Notes: generated by a model from the sequence alone, not told the origin. Shown: positions 38,941 to 52,536, counted from the first letter of the stretch. The stretch: 64,000 nucleotides of DNA from Lingula anatina (GCA_051362555.1 JBPQGU010000016.1:5580001-5644000); one strand, 5' to 3'. Translations and numbers: made by a program.

Positions 38941-41900
38941 TGACCCATTAGAGCCTGCGTCATCAAAACAAACGGCAGCCATACTGGAGGGAGACCGGAA
39001 TCGTCTGCTGCGCATGAACAAGTCATGTCTGTAGTTCAGTTTTCGTTTTCTGTATTTTCTTTCGTATTTAACCGAGCAAAATGATGAATTACTGCAGGGT
39101 ATTTGGTCGAGAGAAGGTAACTAACTTTACAAGCGTTCACAGACTGCCTGCAGTGGTAAAAATCCATGGTGAAGGAACTAAAACCATAAACGGAGGAGAG
39201 ACGGCGAGGTGGCTTTGAATCAAGACTCTTCGGAATTAACCCCTTTTAGCCCTCGTCATCAAAACGAACGGCAGCCATACTGGAGGGAGACCGGAATCGT
39301 CTGCTGCGCATGATCATGTCTACATGTACAATTTAGCATTTAATTTCTGTGTTTTCTTTGATATTAAACCGAGTAAAATGATGAATTACTGCAGGGTATA
39401 TGATAGAGAGAAGATAAATAACTTTACAAGTGTTCACAGACTGCCTGCAGTGGTAACAATCCAAGGTGTAGGGACGAAAACCGTAAACGGAGGAGAGACT
39501 GAGGAGTGGCTTTGAACCAAGACTCATCGGACAAGTAAAGGATAAAACTAATTTATTTTACAGCAAAGAATGAAGACCCAGCTGTGCAGCCTTTACCATA
39601 AAAGAAAAAAAAGTAGAAAACCAATGACCGAGGTGTATAAGATATGAGCGCACGTACACTGCATATTAGTAGTGCCCAAAAAGTCTTGGTGGAGAGTGTG
39701 TTGTAAAAACGTGTGGAAATACCCAGGCAGGGTTTCGACTTTCATTATGAAGACTCACTTATTGCCTTGGGTGTAATTTGTTATCAGTTATGGTGCTCTT
39801 TGGATTTTATCTGCTGTCATCTACCTCTTTAATACCTGGTTAGCATTATTGTCAATTAGTGTCAAGGCTACAGTACAATGTACACAGCTCAGCTGGGCCA
39901 ATTAAATCAATTACCTGTGTCATGTGTATTTGGAAGTAAGTGGCTTGATTTTAGATTTAGTGTAGTGTTAAGAGTAAATCTGTTTTGTAAGTATATATTC
40001 TAGCTCAGGTACCATTTAATTGAATGAACTTACTGAAATGAATTTGAAAAATGTTGAATTCTGTGTTTTACAATGTGAATAAAAATAACTATTGTTACCT
40101 TTTTTTGTTAATTAACATTTAGGAAAATGATCTGACATTTTCCCACCAAGCCACACTGAATGATTGGGTGCAAATAAATCTTGGTTATCCAAAAAAAAAA
40201 AAAAGGTGACAGGTACAAAAGGCAGCTAGATGGCACACAAGGTAGAAGCAGTGAAAAAATATTCTTATATCTTTGTGACCAGCTGAGGAGACAGGATCTG
40301 AACATCAGGAGAGTGAAATTCAGTGCATGACAGGAGTTATTTAATTGGATTTGTTTATTTATTTAATTGTTCATTTGTTGTTTTAAAGTTGTTATCCTGA
40401 TAGCTTGCATACAACAAGGACAGGTTTTCTATTTATTTAGAATTGTGAGCAGAAGCACAAGAAGAAATGAAAACACTTTTTCTTTCTCATATTTTTAAAG
40501 GCTAAATGGAAAAGTTTGCAAGAAATATAAAATTTTGTATCGTGCACCTCCCACAGATGGTCTGATATGCAGAAACAGATGGCTGTTGTACATGTAGGTT
40601 GTGCATTTTTAAATTGCGACCACCAGTTGTGGAATTCTCCTAAATAAAATTACAAACTGCTTAGTAACACCATCTAAGGCCTTACATACCCACACAGCAC
40701 ATATCAATTGTGAGTCTTCAATCAAGCATTTCTCTAGACATAGATTAAAAATATACTAAACAGGTTCCTCAAATTATGGTGGCTTGATTCGACTTAATAT
40801 GCTCATGTACATGTTGCATTGCATCATTGAAAGTATGGAAATATTTTTCATGTCAGTGTTATCAACCAAAAGGAAAGGGACCCTGATAATCTGTCATTGA
40901 ATTGTGCAACAATGTTTTGCATTTTATGTTTACTTTTATCCATACAAAATGTGCATTTTCCTATATTTTCAATCAAATAAAGATCAATTCATGAACTGAC
41001 TTGTTGTTATGTTACATTGAATGTCATAAGTTTGAAAATTACATTGCTTCTGTGAAGGTCTGGACTAATAATAAAATGCTAACAATGTTGCTACTGTGAA
41101 TGGTTGAATTCATGGTAAAATGTTGAACTCTCAAACAACAGTCATGTTACAAATACTTCCTAATGAACCAAAATGAGGCACAAGAATGCTGAAATAATTT
41201 CTGACAGCTTCATGATGTACAGTTAAATCATATCTGACAGCAATATTTCTTGTCACAACCCTGCATACTGTCTTCTTTGAGTCCGTAAGGGTTGATCCTG
41301 ATAGTCAGCTCAAATTTCTCCTTATATCTATCCTTCATGTAAAAAGTTGCTTCTATGAAAGGTTTAACTTATGATTACACAGTAAACTCTCTAAAACTAT
41401 AACTGTTATTACCCAATGAACAAGAAAAATGAAGTACAAGATAACTGAACTAGATTCTGACAACATTCCACGATGTTGGGATACAGGGGTAGGTCAGGAT
41501 TTCACGTCTTTGGACTGTCTTGAGTTTATATGGGTCGATCACGCTGATCAGCTGAAGTTTTCACATGTATATACTATTTTCCTTTTGGTGTACTTGATCA
41601 CGATATGAAGATTATTTCATTTTATTTGGTTCACCTATATTTACGCTACTATTCCCCGTCGTTCTTTCCCTCCAGAATGGCCGCTGGACGAGTGTTACGG
41701 AGCAAATATGACGTCACTGTAATCGGTTAATAGTAAAGGATAAAACTAATTTATTTTATAGCAAAGAATGAAGAGCCAACTGTGCAGATTTTACCATAAA
41801 AGAAAAAAAAGTAGAACACCAAAGACCTAGGTGTGTACGTTTGGGGCGCACGTATATATTTAAAGTAGTGCCCAAAAAGTGTGGGTGGAGAGTGTGTTAA

Positions 41901-43985
41901 TTTGTTAAAACGTGTTGAAATACCCAGGCAGGGTTTCGACTTTTATAATAAAGACTCACCTATTGTCTTGGGTGTAATTTGTTTTCAGTTACGGTGCTCT
42001 CTAGATTTTATCGGCTGTTACCTACCTCTTTTATACCTGGTTAGCATTATTCCCAATAAGTGTCAAGGCTATATTTGTACTGTACACAGCTGAGCTGGGC
42101 CAATTAAATCAATTACCTGTATGAAGTGTATTTGGAAGTTAGTGGCTTTGATTTGGTGTAGTGATAAGAGTAATTTTATTTTGCAAGTAAATTCTACCTC
42201 AGGTGTAATTGACATATAACTTTAATAACCTCATGAAATAATTTTGCACTTTTCTCTGTAAAAATGTTAAATTCTGCTCCTTTCAACTGTAATGTTGTAA
42301 GTTATAATATGAATAAAAATCACTATTGTTATCTTTCTAATAATTTACATTTAGGAAATTGATCAGGCATTTCCCACCAAGCCACACTGATTGGGTGCAA
42401 GTAAATTATATATATTAAAAAAAAAGGAAGCTTTTGATGACAGGTACAAAAGGCAGCTAGATGACACACAAGGTAGAAGCAGCAAAAAATATTCCTAGAT
42501 CTCTGTGACCAGCTGAGGAGACAGGATCTGAACATCAGGAGAGTGAAATCCAGTGCATGACAGGAGTTATTTAATTGAAGCGACACTCATAACTCAGCAT
42601 TTCATGTTCACTTTTATTCATACAAAATGTGCACTTTTCCTATATGTTTAAGCAAATGGTTGTAGAAATCAATTCATGAACTGAATTATTGTTATTTTAC
42701 ATTGGACATCATAAATACATAAGTGTGAAAAATGCCTTGCTTCTGTGAATGACTGAATAATAATAAAATCCTAACAATGTTGCTTATATGAATGGTTGCA
42801 TTCATGGTGAATATTAAACTCTCTCAAACAACAGTCTTGTTACATGCATTTTCTAATGAACTAAAATGAAGTACAAGAATGCTGAAATAATTTAAAAAGT
42901 TGATGATGGTATAGAGCAAATGTTCTGCATACTGTACTTTACTTATGTATAAACAATAGCATCTGAAAATCCCCAATATAGTTAGGCTTTACATTAAAAA
43001 AAGAGAACAACAAATACCTGATATTGCAGTTTTAAAGTTAATTTAAAATATATGAATTTTGTTCACTGAATACCTAGCAAAATATTTTCAATACAAATGG
43101 TATATTAAATTTTATAAAATCAGTTTGATACAGTACTTTTTATGACAGTTGATGTATTTTGAAAACTTATTTACAACACAACTTACCACCTTTATTTTGA
43201 TACAAAGGACACGTCTTTTTCATCATTGACATAGTTTCTATTGCTCCATTGATATCAAGTGTATAGTCCCATGACAAATTCCCATTCTCTAAGTCCCACG
43301 TAAACTGAGGTTTGAAGATATTTGTAGTGCCTAACAAATGCTTCTGTGAATGACTGAACTAATAATAAAATGCTAACAATGTTGCTTATATGAATTAACA
43401 ACAGTCTTGTTACATGTACTTTCTAATGAACCAATATGAAGTACAAGAATGCTGAAATAATTTCTGACAGCTTCACGATGTAAAGATAAGTCATAACTAA
43501 CAGCAATATTTCATGTCATAAGACAATCATACATTCTTCCTTGAATCCACAAGGGTTTATCCTGATGATCAGCTCAAATTTCTTATATCTATCCTTTATG
43601 AAAACAGTTGCTTCTTTTTAAGGTTAAACTTATGATTACACATTAAACTCTCTCAAACTATAACTGTTCTTACCCAATGAACAAGAAAAATGAAGTACAA
43701 GATAACTGAACTATCTTCTGACAACACGATGTTGGGTAAGTAGCATTTAGTAGGATTTCACGTTTTTAGACTGTCTTGAGTTCATATCGGTCGATCCCGC
43801 TGAGCAGCTGAAGCCTCAGCTTGTATATATCCTTTTCCCTTTGGTGTCCTTGATCGTGATATGAAGATTACTTTATTTTATTTGGTTTACCTATATTTAC
43901 GCTACTATTCCCCGTCGTTCATTCCCTCCAGCATGGCCGCGGGACTAGTGTTACGGAGCAAATATGACGTCACTGTAATCGGTTA
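38941..43985 (+). mobile_element. Decayed THAP-bearing DNA transposon (ISL2EU/Harbinger-like), outer copy
   Basis: Termini TGACC...GGTTA flanked by AT. THAP N-terminal remnant MMNYCRVFG...HRLPAVV...WL at about 39081. Interrupted by a second copy of itself. Confidence 0.7.
39237..41729 (+). mobile_element. Inner copy of the same transposon
   Basis: Termini TAACC...GGTTA flanked by AT. THAP remnant at about 39378. A minus-strand remnant RYKEKFELTIRINPY at about 41285-41330 resembles the start of the second ORF of ISL2EU-type elements. Confidence 0.72.
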
Positions 43986-44758
43986 ATAGTGTTATATGTG
44001 GCCCCAATGGGGATTTTCACACCTCCCCCACTCTTGATTAATAAAATTCTTCATCTGGAGGAATGTGAATTACATTGCAAAATACATTGAAAATTGTAGG
44101 AAGGTTAACCGCAGATAATGCTGCGAGGATATTCTTAACAGTGGGGGAACTCGGCCAATATAAAATTTTTAACTTCGTTTTACGATTTTGGAGCGCCTGT
44201 TCTAATTTTTGAAAGCGAGGCAATGGAACCAAACAATGCGATACAATTTGTAATCTCGTAAAAATTGCTATTTATATATTAAGGTCATAGCATGGAGTAC
44301 ATCGAAATGCGACTTGTTTATTATAATGACCTTAAATAATAATTAATATAAAACAAACGATATAATACGTTCTTAACGTTAGCCTATTTATTAGCTTAAT
44401 TGATTTTTTTTTCGTATTTGGAGATTAAAAACACAAAAGTTGCCTGGTTTCATATCGAGGCACTACGTTTCGTTCGTGTGCTGTCCTTTGAAAGAATATT
44501 GCATTTTCAACTCGCCCGATCTCCCGATGACGATCTTCCGCGAATGAGGGAACTACGTTTTTTACTTTATTGTGTAATACATGTATTTAATATTCATGTA
44601 TTTAATATATTTATGTATGGATAAAATTTTATGTATAAGATACAATATGAAATAGGCCTAAATCAAATCAAAATCTTGAACAAATAAGAAAATTGCCTTC
44701 TCGTCTCAATTTCCTTTATTTTTTTACTAGTGACAGATCTTGTTTGTATTTCATAAAA

Positions 44759-44954
44759 GTGGCGGATCCAGGATTATTTGAAGGAGGGGGTCCGTTTTTT
44801 TTTTTTTTTTTTTTTTTTTTTTTGGCGTTTTGGATCAGCTTGTCAAACTTCTCATTTCAAATGGGGAATATAAGTGTGATTTTTTTCAGAAATCAAAGGA
44901 GGGGTCAGGAACCCCCTGCACCCCCCCCCCCCCCCTCCTCTAAATCCGCCACTG
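44759..44954. mobile_element. GC-rich MITE (CAGTGGCGGAT...ATCCGCCACTG family)
   Basis: Terminal inverted repeats are present. Related copies lie at about 53128-53406 (ATGAT flanks) and 57634-57908, with fragments at about 26870-26940 and 48330-48554. Confidence 0.75.
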
Positions 44955-45514
44955 GGTATTTAGGATTCAAGCTCTCTTTTTAGCAGTTACATTCTTAAAT
45001 CTTACTATTAACGGCGCACTGCAACTGGAGTTTTGAGTTTCTTTGAAATATTTTTGTGTGTAACACAACTAAGTTACTTATTCCCCGAGAAGAAGCAGCC
45101 TGCTTCAAATCACACATCACCGCCATTAAAATGATATTTTCATTGCCGGATAACTACATAGTTATCATTTAGAAGTGGAATGGTTATCGTGAAATACTCT
45201 TTGTAAAATGTAATTCTTGTTTTAACGGGTTTTTTTTCTGATACATTTTCTTTAAAATTAACGTTGTCTCTATCTTACAAACGAAAAATTCCATTCTTAT
45301 GTTCTACAATCAGTCACTCAATACAAAGCATTTATCAAACAAGTTTTATTTTGCACAAATTATTAATTTTGCATTTATTCCTTTGAAAATTCACTTTGAA
45401 AATAAGCTGAAGTTTTTATTTTCTCTTCAAAGTTTCCTTAATAATAGTAATAAGGATATATGCATGCAATTTAAATACATATATGAGTTTGCACAGCTAG
45501 AATTCTGATATGAA

Positions 45515-45545
<31 letters not shown>

Positions 45546-45628
45546 GAGTATCAATGTAAATATCAATATTAATGTCAATCTAATTTGGTATTAACAGGCA
45601 TAAAAAACATTTTCCTTGATCATTGTTC

Positions 45629-48123
45629 CTAAACCAAGGTTATTTCTGGGGCGGTGAGGGCAATGACTTTATGGTTGTGTGGGATTGGGACATCGCGTAA
45701 TGTGAACATCCTTACACCATCTATCAACCAGCGAAGAGAATCTTTGTTTTTATCAAAAAATTCACAGCTGGCTGGATTCGACCAGTTAAAAAACAAATCC
45801 ACCTCTGCATCTTTGGGGATCGACCGCAGCGCTTTTTGTAGGAGAAGTTTGGAAATGACGAGAGAGTCCGCAAAAAGGGGCGCCATTCTATACGCCGTCT
45901 GTCCGGGCTGGACAATCGTGTACCCAGTGATATCTCCACTCTTTTTGTTGACGGCTACAAAAGATTTTGACGATGGCCGAGCTAAATATTTCTCTAAAAA
46001 CATTGGTCTTGGAATAGTGTGGATTTCCGTATCATACTTCAGCAGTAAATCAAATGGCACTTTAGATGTTGTCACGACTTCAGTTTCAACATTATCTCCA
46101 TCTGCTGCCAACCAAGACTCGTTGATTCGCCCCGAAACGAGACCAATTCTGTCGGTGGCAATCTGGAAGCCACTGTCATGGAGAATCTGCTGTCTGTGTA
46201 ACACTGAAAATACGCCTAAATTCCTATCTCCAATCCGCTTACTTCTCTCTGCCCACATCTTTTTGGCTAGATAAGGTAAAAAAGGAATTGGTGATATCAA
46301 AGGTTTAAAGCACTAAGACAGGCTTTGGATATTACAGTATCTCACAGGTCAGGTTTTCCATTACGGATGTAAGGTGTTTCTATTGAGGCAAACAAGGCTT
46401 TACTATCTAGATATAGATGTGAAAAACTTATTTCAGCTAGTCAAACTGTATTTTCAAACTTATTCAAATTTTGATAGATAGGAAAACTGTTGCCAAACGA
46501 CCTCTTAAACTTGATAAATAAAATAGTTTATTACCTATTCCCTTTCCTCTGAGTTCTGGTACAATAGCGGCAAGACCACCAAAGGCTTCTTTTTCATCCA
46601 AAAGATGTAACACCACGGAACCTTTTAAGAAACGTACATTCTGTGATTCAAATAATTTGCGATAATAGATATGACTGTATAAAAGAAATCAAATATGCCT
46701 ATTTTTCGCAAGAGCCGCCAGGTATGGCAAATGTAAGAAAGGATATTCCTGTGGCCGGATTCACCATTAAATCAGATTCAATAACATGAAACTATGCGCT
46801 TAATTATATTCTCCATCTTTTACATCTATTCAAAACCATGTGTCAATTCGCATTTCAATGCAAAACTGGATCAAAGTTATGTAATAAAATCAGAAATATT
46901 GACTTTTTCCCCTTATAAGATTGCAGGCCTACCCAACTACCAGACTCTGCACCGAATGATCCTGAATTCACCAGTAGATCGGACCAAACTAGCCGTTTTC
47001 AAGGTGTACGTCAGTAAGCGCTTCGAAGTATCAGACGCGACACCGCTCTTGCCTAGAAGACTATAGTACGCGATGTGATAGTGATGATTCTCAGCGGGGT
47101 TGGAAAGTAGTGTATCTCATCTCGAAATTTGTGTCGGGGTATGATACTGTATTGGGGGATGGTTGAGGGGAGACTCGTAAGGAAAACTATGCTAAGGCAA
47201 GTGCAACGGATTACGCTCGGATCGACATGTCAATTCATTTCATGATATCCATTCATTTCAGTCATTTGATCAACAAAAAAAAGGACGGAGTGATCAGAAA
47301 AAAGTGACCACAATGCGTCCAAACTAAGGCAATAGAACTAAAAATTTATACACTGGAAGTCACTCAAATTTCCGATTATTTTCCTGGATATCAGACAAGG
47401 AAAGATCACCCTAACCCCTTCATGGAAAGTTTTTTTTTTTTTTTTTTTTTTTAAGAACGTTTACCAACAACTTTTCCATCCAGTTCTGCCACCAGGAAAT
47501 TGTCTGCGGCAATGTCCACAAAGGTTTCTATGGTCTCCGGGATGTAGTTCCATGACTCGGCATTGTAGATGTCTGTCAGACTTGCTGCATCTTTCTTCTG
47601 TGCAGATCGGATTATAACACGGGAAGATGCGTCTCCTGCACCTGACGAACGTGCTCTAAGTCTGTAAGTGCAACATGTATCTTGATATTTATGTGAATGG
47701 GTCCCGCGCAGATTTACCTCAATTATTCAAATCATTGGATACAATATTTATGAGAAATATCACTAAATAAAAAAAAACGCCATCGAAACAAAATCTTTCC
47801 CAGTCGATATAGTATACTAAATAAAGTTGAAAGACAAACATCACAATATAAAGAAGATATTGTTGACAGAAAACACCCCGTCCATGTATTTAAAATGTCT
47901 TATTTTACCTTACTGCCCCGAAAATATCCTTCGAATTAATTACACACCATAAAGATTGTCTTTAAGTACACAGATGAGTAAATCAAAGAGTAAAACAGCC
48001 CACAGCTGAAGTTACATACGACATGAGATTCTCTCCAGTGACGTAAGCGCTCCGACCAAAAAACACGCGGGGATAACCCAAGGACGCAGATTTCGTTACC
48101 CAGTGTTGCAGCATGTTATACAT
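45629..48123 (-). CDS. GNAT + YitH-type acetyltransferase, paralog 2 (341 aa): exons 48020-48123, 47465-47661, 46535-46621, 45629-46266
   Basis: Same exon sizes (104/197/87/638) and phases as paralog 1, open frame, motif PELRGKGIA. A 5' UTR exon donor GTGAGT lies at 48576. Confidence 0.87.
46928..47165. mobile_element. 238-bp insertion specific to the paralog 2 intron, with 3-bp AGG duplication
   Basis: Paralogs 1 and 3 read ...ATGTAGGGGAGA..., whereas paralog 2 has AGG[238 bp]AGGGGAGA. The inverted termini are imperfect and the superfamily is unresolved. Confidence 0.65.
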
Positions 48124-49654
48124 ATTGGTAACTGAAAAGGAAATATGCACATGGTATGCAGAGCATTTAAATTTATTTCTGTCCATTGGTTGCTAGGTGA
48201 GGAAATCGTCTAGAGGTGATATATATTAGAGCATATACATGTATGTAATATTTAGTCATAATTAGTAGTTAAAATGACCAAAAACAGTTACACTCTTACT
48301 AAAATGATGGAAAATTAGAGATAAGAGGCTTCGATTTCTAATTAAAAAACGCAAAAAAAGGACTAGCTGAGTCATAGTTCTAAACGGTACAAAATGGCGC
48401 CATTTCCCCTACAAAACACCATTATTTTCGGGAACTTTGGGCGTGGCCCGAACCTGACGCCAAGGGGGTGAGAGTTGGCATCGCAATCCGAAGCCTGTCA
48501 AGTCCTTAAAAAAACGGACCCCTCCCCCTTCAAAAAATTCTGGATCCACCTCTGAAGATTAAGAAAAGATACTCACGTCGTGGCACCCTTATATCTCCTC
48601 TCCAGAGAGTGCAGAGAATTATGCAGGTTTACCGCACAGACCGTCAGCTTATGTGAACCAGTTACTAGGTCTTTTTTCGGTCTATGCGCACGGGGGTCGC
48701 AGCTAAGAATGCACTTCACGCCCCATAGCCGCCTGTCTCGTCACACGTGACACAATTAGAAAATCGCTATTTTCGAAAATAATATGTGAAGTTTGTAGGG
48801 TTAAAACAGCAGAATTGATACGGGGAAAATAAGGAGAAATGTGCATTTTCCCCTCTGCAGAGAGTCCACATTGCCCAGATATCTGTATGGTAGCAAACTA
48901 CCATTACTTTTGACAAATGTTTAGGTGCTAGTCTAAAATAAGGGTTTATTTCATTCTACTTCAAACTACTCCAAATATATTAAATTGTTTGCGCCGATTT
49001 CAATAATAAATAAAACAAATCGTTTTTGCCTTTTTTTGTTTCGAGGGTGTTTATTTTAATAATAATAATAATAATCTATTTTTTTTTACAAATAAAGTTG
49101 TACGATATAATTTAAACCAGCGTCTTCAAAAGATAACATTTTCAACATCTTCTCTGAGGGACAGAGTAACAAAATAAACTGTTAGAAAGTACACTGCAGT
49201 TTGGAGGCAGAACATGAAAATATAACAGACTAATGAACCAGATGAGTTATATTGGCCCAATAGCACATTGTTCCAATAGCAAAAATCATTAGTTGTGGAT
49301 GCTGCATACGGACCTCTGTGGGTCCATGGTTCAAGCAGACAGGGGGGGGGGGGGGGGGGGATGAACATTTCCATTCTTATGTTCTACATTCAGTCATTGA
49401 ATACAAGCATTTATCAAACAAGTTTTATTTTGCACAAATGATTCGCATTTATTCCTTTGAAAATTCACTGTAAAAAATAAGCTATTGTTTTTGTTTTCTC
49501 TTCAAAGTTTCCGCAATTTTGATACATGTATAAGTGTGTTTTCACAGCTAAATAATTATACTATTGTTATACTTATAAATATGTTTTAATGTTGTAATTT
49601 CAATTTCATTTGGTATGAACACCCACACAATACTATTTTCCTTGATCAGTGTTC

Positions 49655-50603
49655 CTAAACCAAGGTCATTTCTGGGGAGGTGATGGCAATGACCTTATGG
49701 TTGTGTGGGATTGGGACTTCACGGAGCGTGAACATCTTTACACAGTCTATCACCCAGCGAAGAGAATCTTTGTTCTTATCAAAAAATTCACGGCTGACTG
49801 GATTCGACCAGTTCAAAAACATGTCTATCTCCGCATCTTTGGGGATCGACCGCTGTGCCTTTTGTAGGAGAAGTTTGGAAATGACGAGAGAGTCCGCAAA
49901 AAGGGGCGCCATTCTATACGCCGTCTGTCCGGGTTGGACAATCGTGTACCCAGTGATATCTCCACTCTTTTTGTTGACGGCTACAAAAGATTTTGACGAT
50001 GGCCGAGCTAAATATTTCTCTAAAAATAATGGTCTTGGAATGGTGTGGATTTCCGCATCATACTTCAGCAATAAATGAAATGGCACATTTGATGCTGTCA
50101 CGACTTCAGTTTCAACATTTTCTCCCTCTGCAGCCAACCAAGACTCGTCGATTCGCCCCGAAACAAGACCAATTCTGTCGGTGGCGACCTGGAAGCCGTT
50201 GTCATGGAGAATCTGCTGTCTGTGCGACACAGAAACTACGCCAAAATTCCGATCTCCAATCCGCTTACTTCTCTCTGCCCACATCTTTTTGACTGGATAA
50301 GGTAAAAAATGGAATTGGTTATTTTAAATGTTTAGAATCAACACAGGTTAACATTTGGTAGTTCTACAACATTGGATATTTAAAATATTACAACAAGAAC
50401 CCACCACCCTTACCAGTGGGACAAAAAATTTAAAAAATAAATAATGGTTGAAAGGAGGCTCGCATTAAGAAGTTAAATGTTACACCACGTCTTGTTTAGA
50501 TTTCTTTTTGTTTTCAGGTAACTTACTTCATTTAGCCTAAGACATTAAATATCACAGTTATCCTCAAGTGAAATACGTCACTACTGCGGCTAGCGAGGCT
50601 TTA

Positions 50604-50663
<60 letters not shown>

Positions 50664-52536
50664 TGTACGTTCTAGATAGGGAAAAACTTATTTTATCCGG
50701 AAAATGTTAATATTTGATAAAGAAGTGTGTTGCTCATAAAATGATAGATAAACCTCTAAAAACCTTATAAATAAAATTGTCTTTTACCTATTCCCTTTCG
50801 TCTGAGTTCTGGTACAATAGCGGCTAGACCACCGAATGCTTCTTTTTCATTCAAAACATTGACCATCACGGAACCTTTAAAACAAAAAGTACGTTCTGTG
50901 TCTTAAATAATGTGCAGTTACAGCTATATGACTGAATAAAGAAATCAAATATGCCTCATTAGCGCAAGGTACCCAGGTATGGCAGATAAAAGTTATAAAA
51001 TATTCTTGTTGCCGGATTCGCCGTTAAATCGGATTCAATGACATGATACTCTTTGCTTAATTAAAGGGATAACAACTCTTCGCATGGCATTCAAAATTCC
51101 ACAACAATACATTGAAACACATACAAAATACAATGAATTCCATTTTACCACCGAAATGGCAGTTAATGCAACTTTTCTCTGTGCTTGCCATCGGACCACG
51201 TGGACTTTGGCTACCCTCTGTAATAATCTCTTCATCATCATCATCATTCACAGCCAAAAGTCTTCCACTGTTGGACAGAGGTCTCAGCATGCTTAAGAGA
51301 TAATTGAAAAACGGACTTACTTTAAATGTCAGAACGGATTCACTAACCATTGGAAAGTATGGGAAAATCGTCTTATTACGTTTATGGCACTTTTCCCACC
51401 AAAATGAACAGTTGTTATCCCTTTAAATTTTTCATCTTTTACATCTACTCAAAACAATGTGTCCATTAGCTTTTTTGAAAATTTAAAAATACCTCAAAAT
51501 GTCAAGCTGAATCAATGCTTTTTACTATAATTATCATAAAAATTGGCCATTTCCCTTTCAAAATGTAGGGGAGAGTCGTAAGGAATAGCATTTCAAGGCA
51601 AGTGCATCGAATTACGCTCGGATCGACATGTTCGTTCATGTCAGTCACGTGATTAACGAAAATAGACGAAGTGCTCTAAAGAAAAGTGACCACAATGTCT
51701 GAAACTAAAGAAGCAACACTAAGGATATATGCACAGGAACTCTAAAACATCAGAGCATTTTTCCTGGCTATCAACGAAGGAAAGGTCACTTAAAACCCAC
51801 CCCAACCCTTGCACGGAAAGAGTAAATTGTAACAAAAAAAAAGGGATTTACCAACAACTTTTCCATCCAATTCTGCCACCAGGAAATTGTCTCCGGCAAT
51901 GTCCACAAAGGTTTCTATGGTCTCCGGGATGTAGTTCCATGACTCGGCGTTGTAGATGTCTCTTAGACTTAATACATCTTTCTTCTGTGCATATCGAATT
52001 TTAACACGGGAAGATGCGTCTCCTGCACCTGACGAACAAGCTCTTAGTCTGCAAGTGCAACATGTATACATTCATGCATGTGAATGGGTCCCGCACAGAT
52101 TTACCTCAGTTATTCAAATCATTGGTTACAATATTCATGAGAAATATCACTTAAAGAGAAAAAATGCCATCGAAACTAAAATCTTTTCGAGTCGATATAG
52201 TATACTTTATAAAGTTGATAGACAAATTACATCACAATAAAAGGTAGATACTGTAGACAGAAAACACCACAAAATATTGGTTTCGATCCAAGTCCATGTA
52301 TTTAATATGTCTTATTTTATCCTACCGCCAAAAATATCCATCGAATTAAATACGGGCCACAAAGATTGTCTTCATGTACACAGTAGAGAAAATCAAAGAA
52401 TAAAACTGCCCACAGCTGAGGTTACTTACGCTATGAATTTCTCTCCCGTGACGTAAGCGCCCCGATCAAAAAACACGCGGGGGTAACCCAAGGACGCAGA
52501 TTTTGTGGCCCATTGTCGCAGCATGTTATACGCCAT
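49655..52536 (-). CDS. GNAT + YitH-type acetyltransferase, paralog 3 (342 aa): exons 52430-52536, 51852-52048, 50788-50874, 49655-50292
   Basis: Exon sizes 107/197/87/638, consensus splice sites, open frame, motif PELRRKGI. A 5' UTR exon donor GTGAGT lies at 53428. Confidence 0.87.
50608..50658. repeat. (AT)n microsatellite
   Basis: About 25 AT units in an intron of paralog 3. The homologous site in the other paralogs is not expanded. Confidence 0.95.
51065..51422. mobile_element. Non-autonomous TIR element with TTAA TSD (Kolobok-like)
   Basis: TTAA-AGGGATAACAACTCTTC ... GAACAGTTGTTATCCCT-TTAA. Confidence 0.83.
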
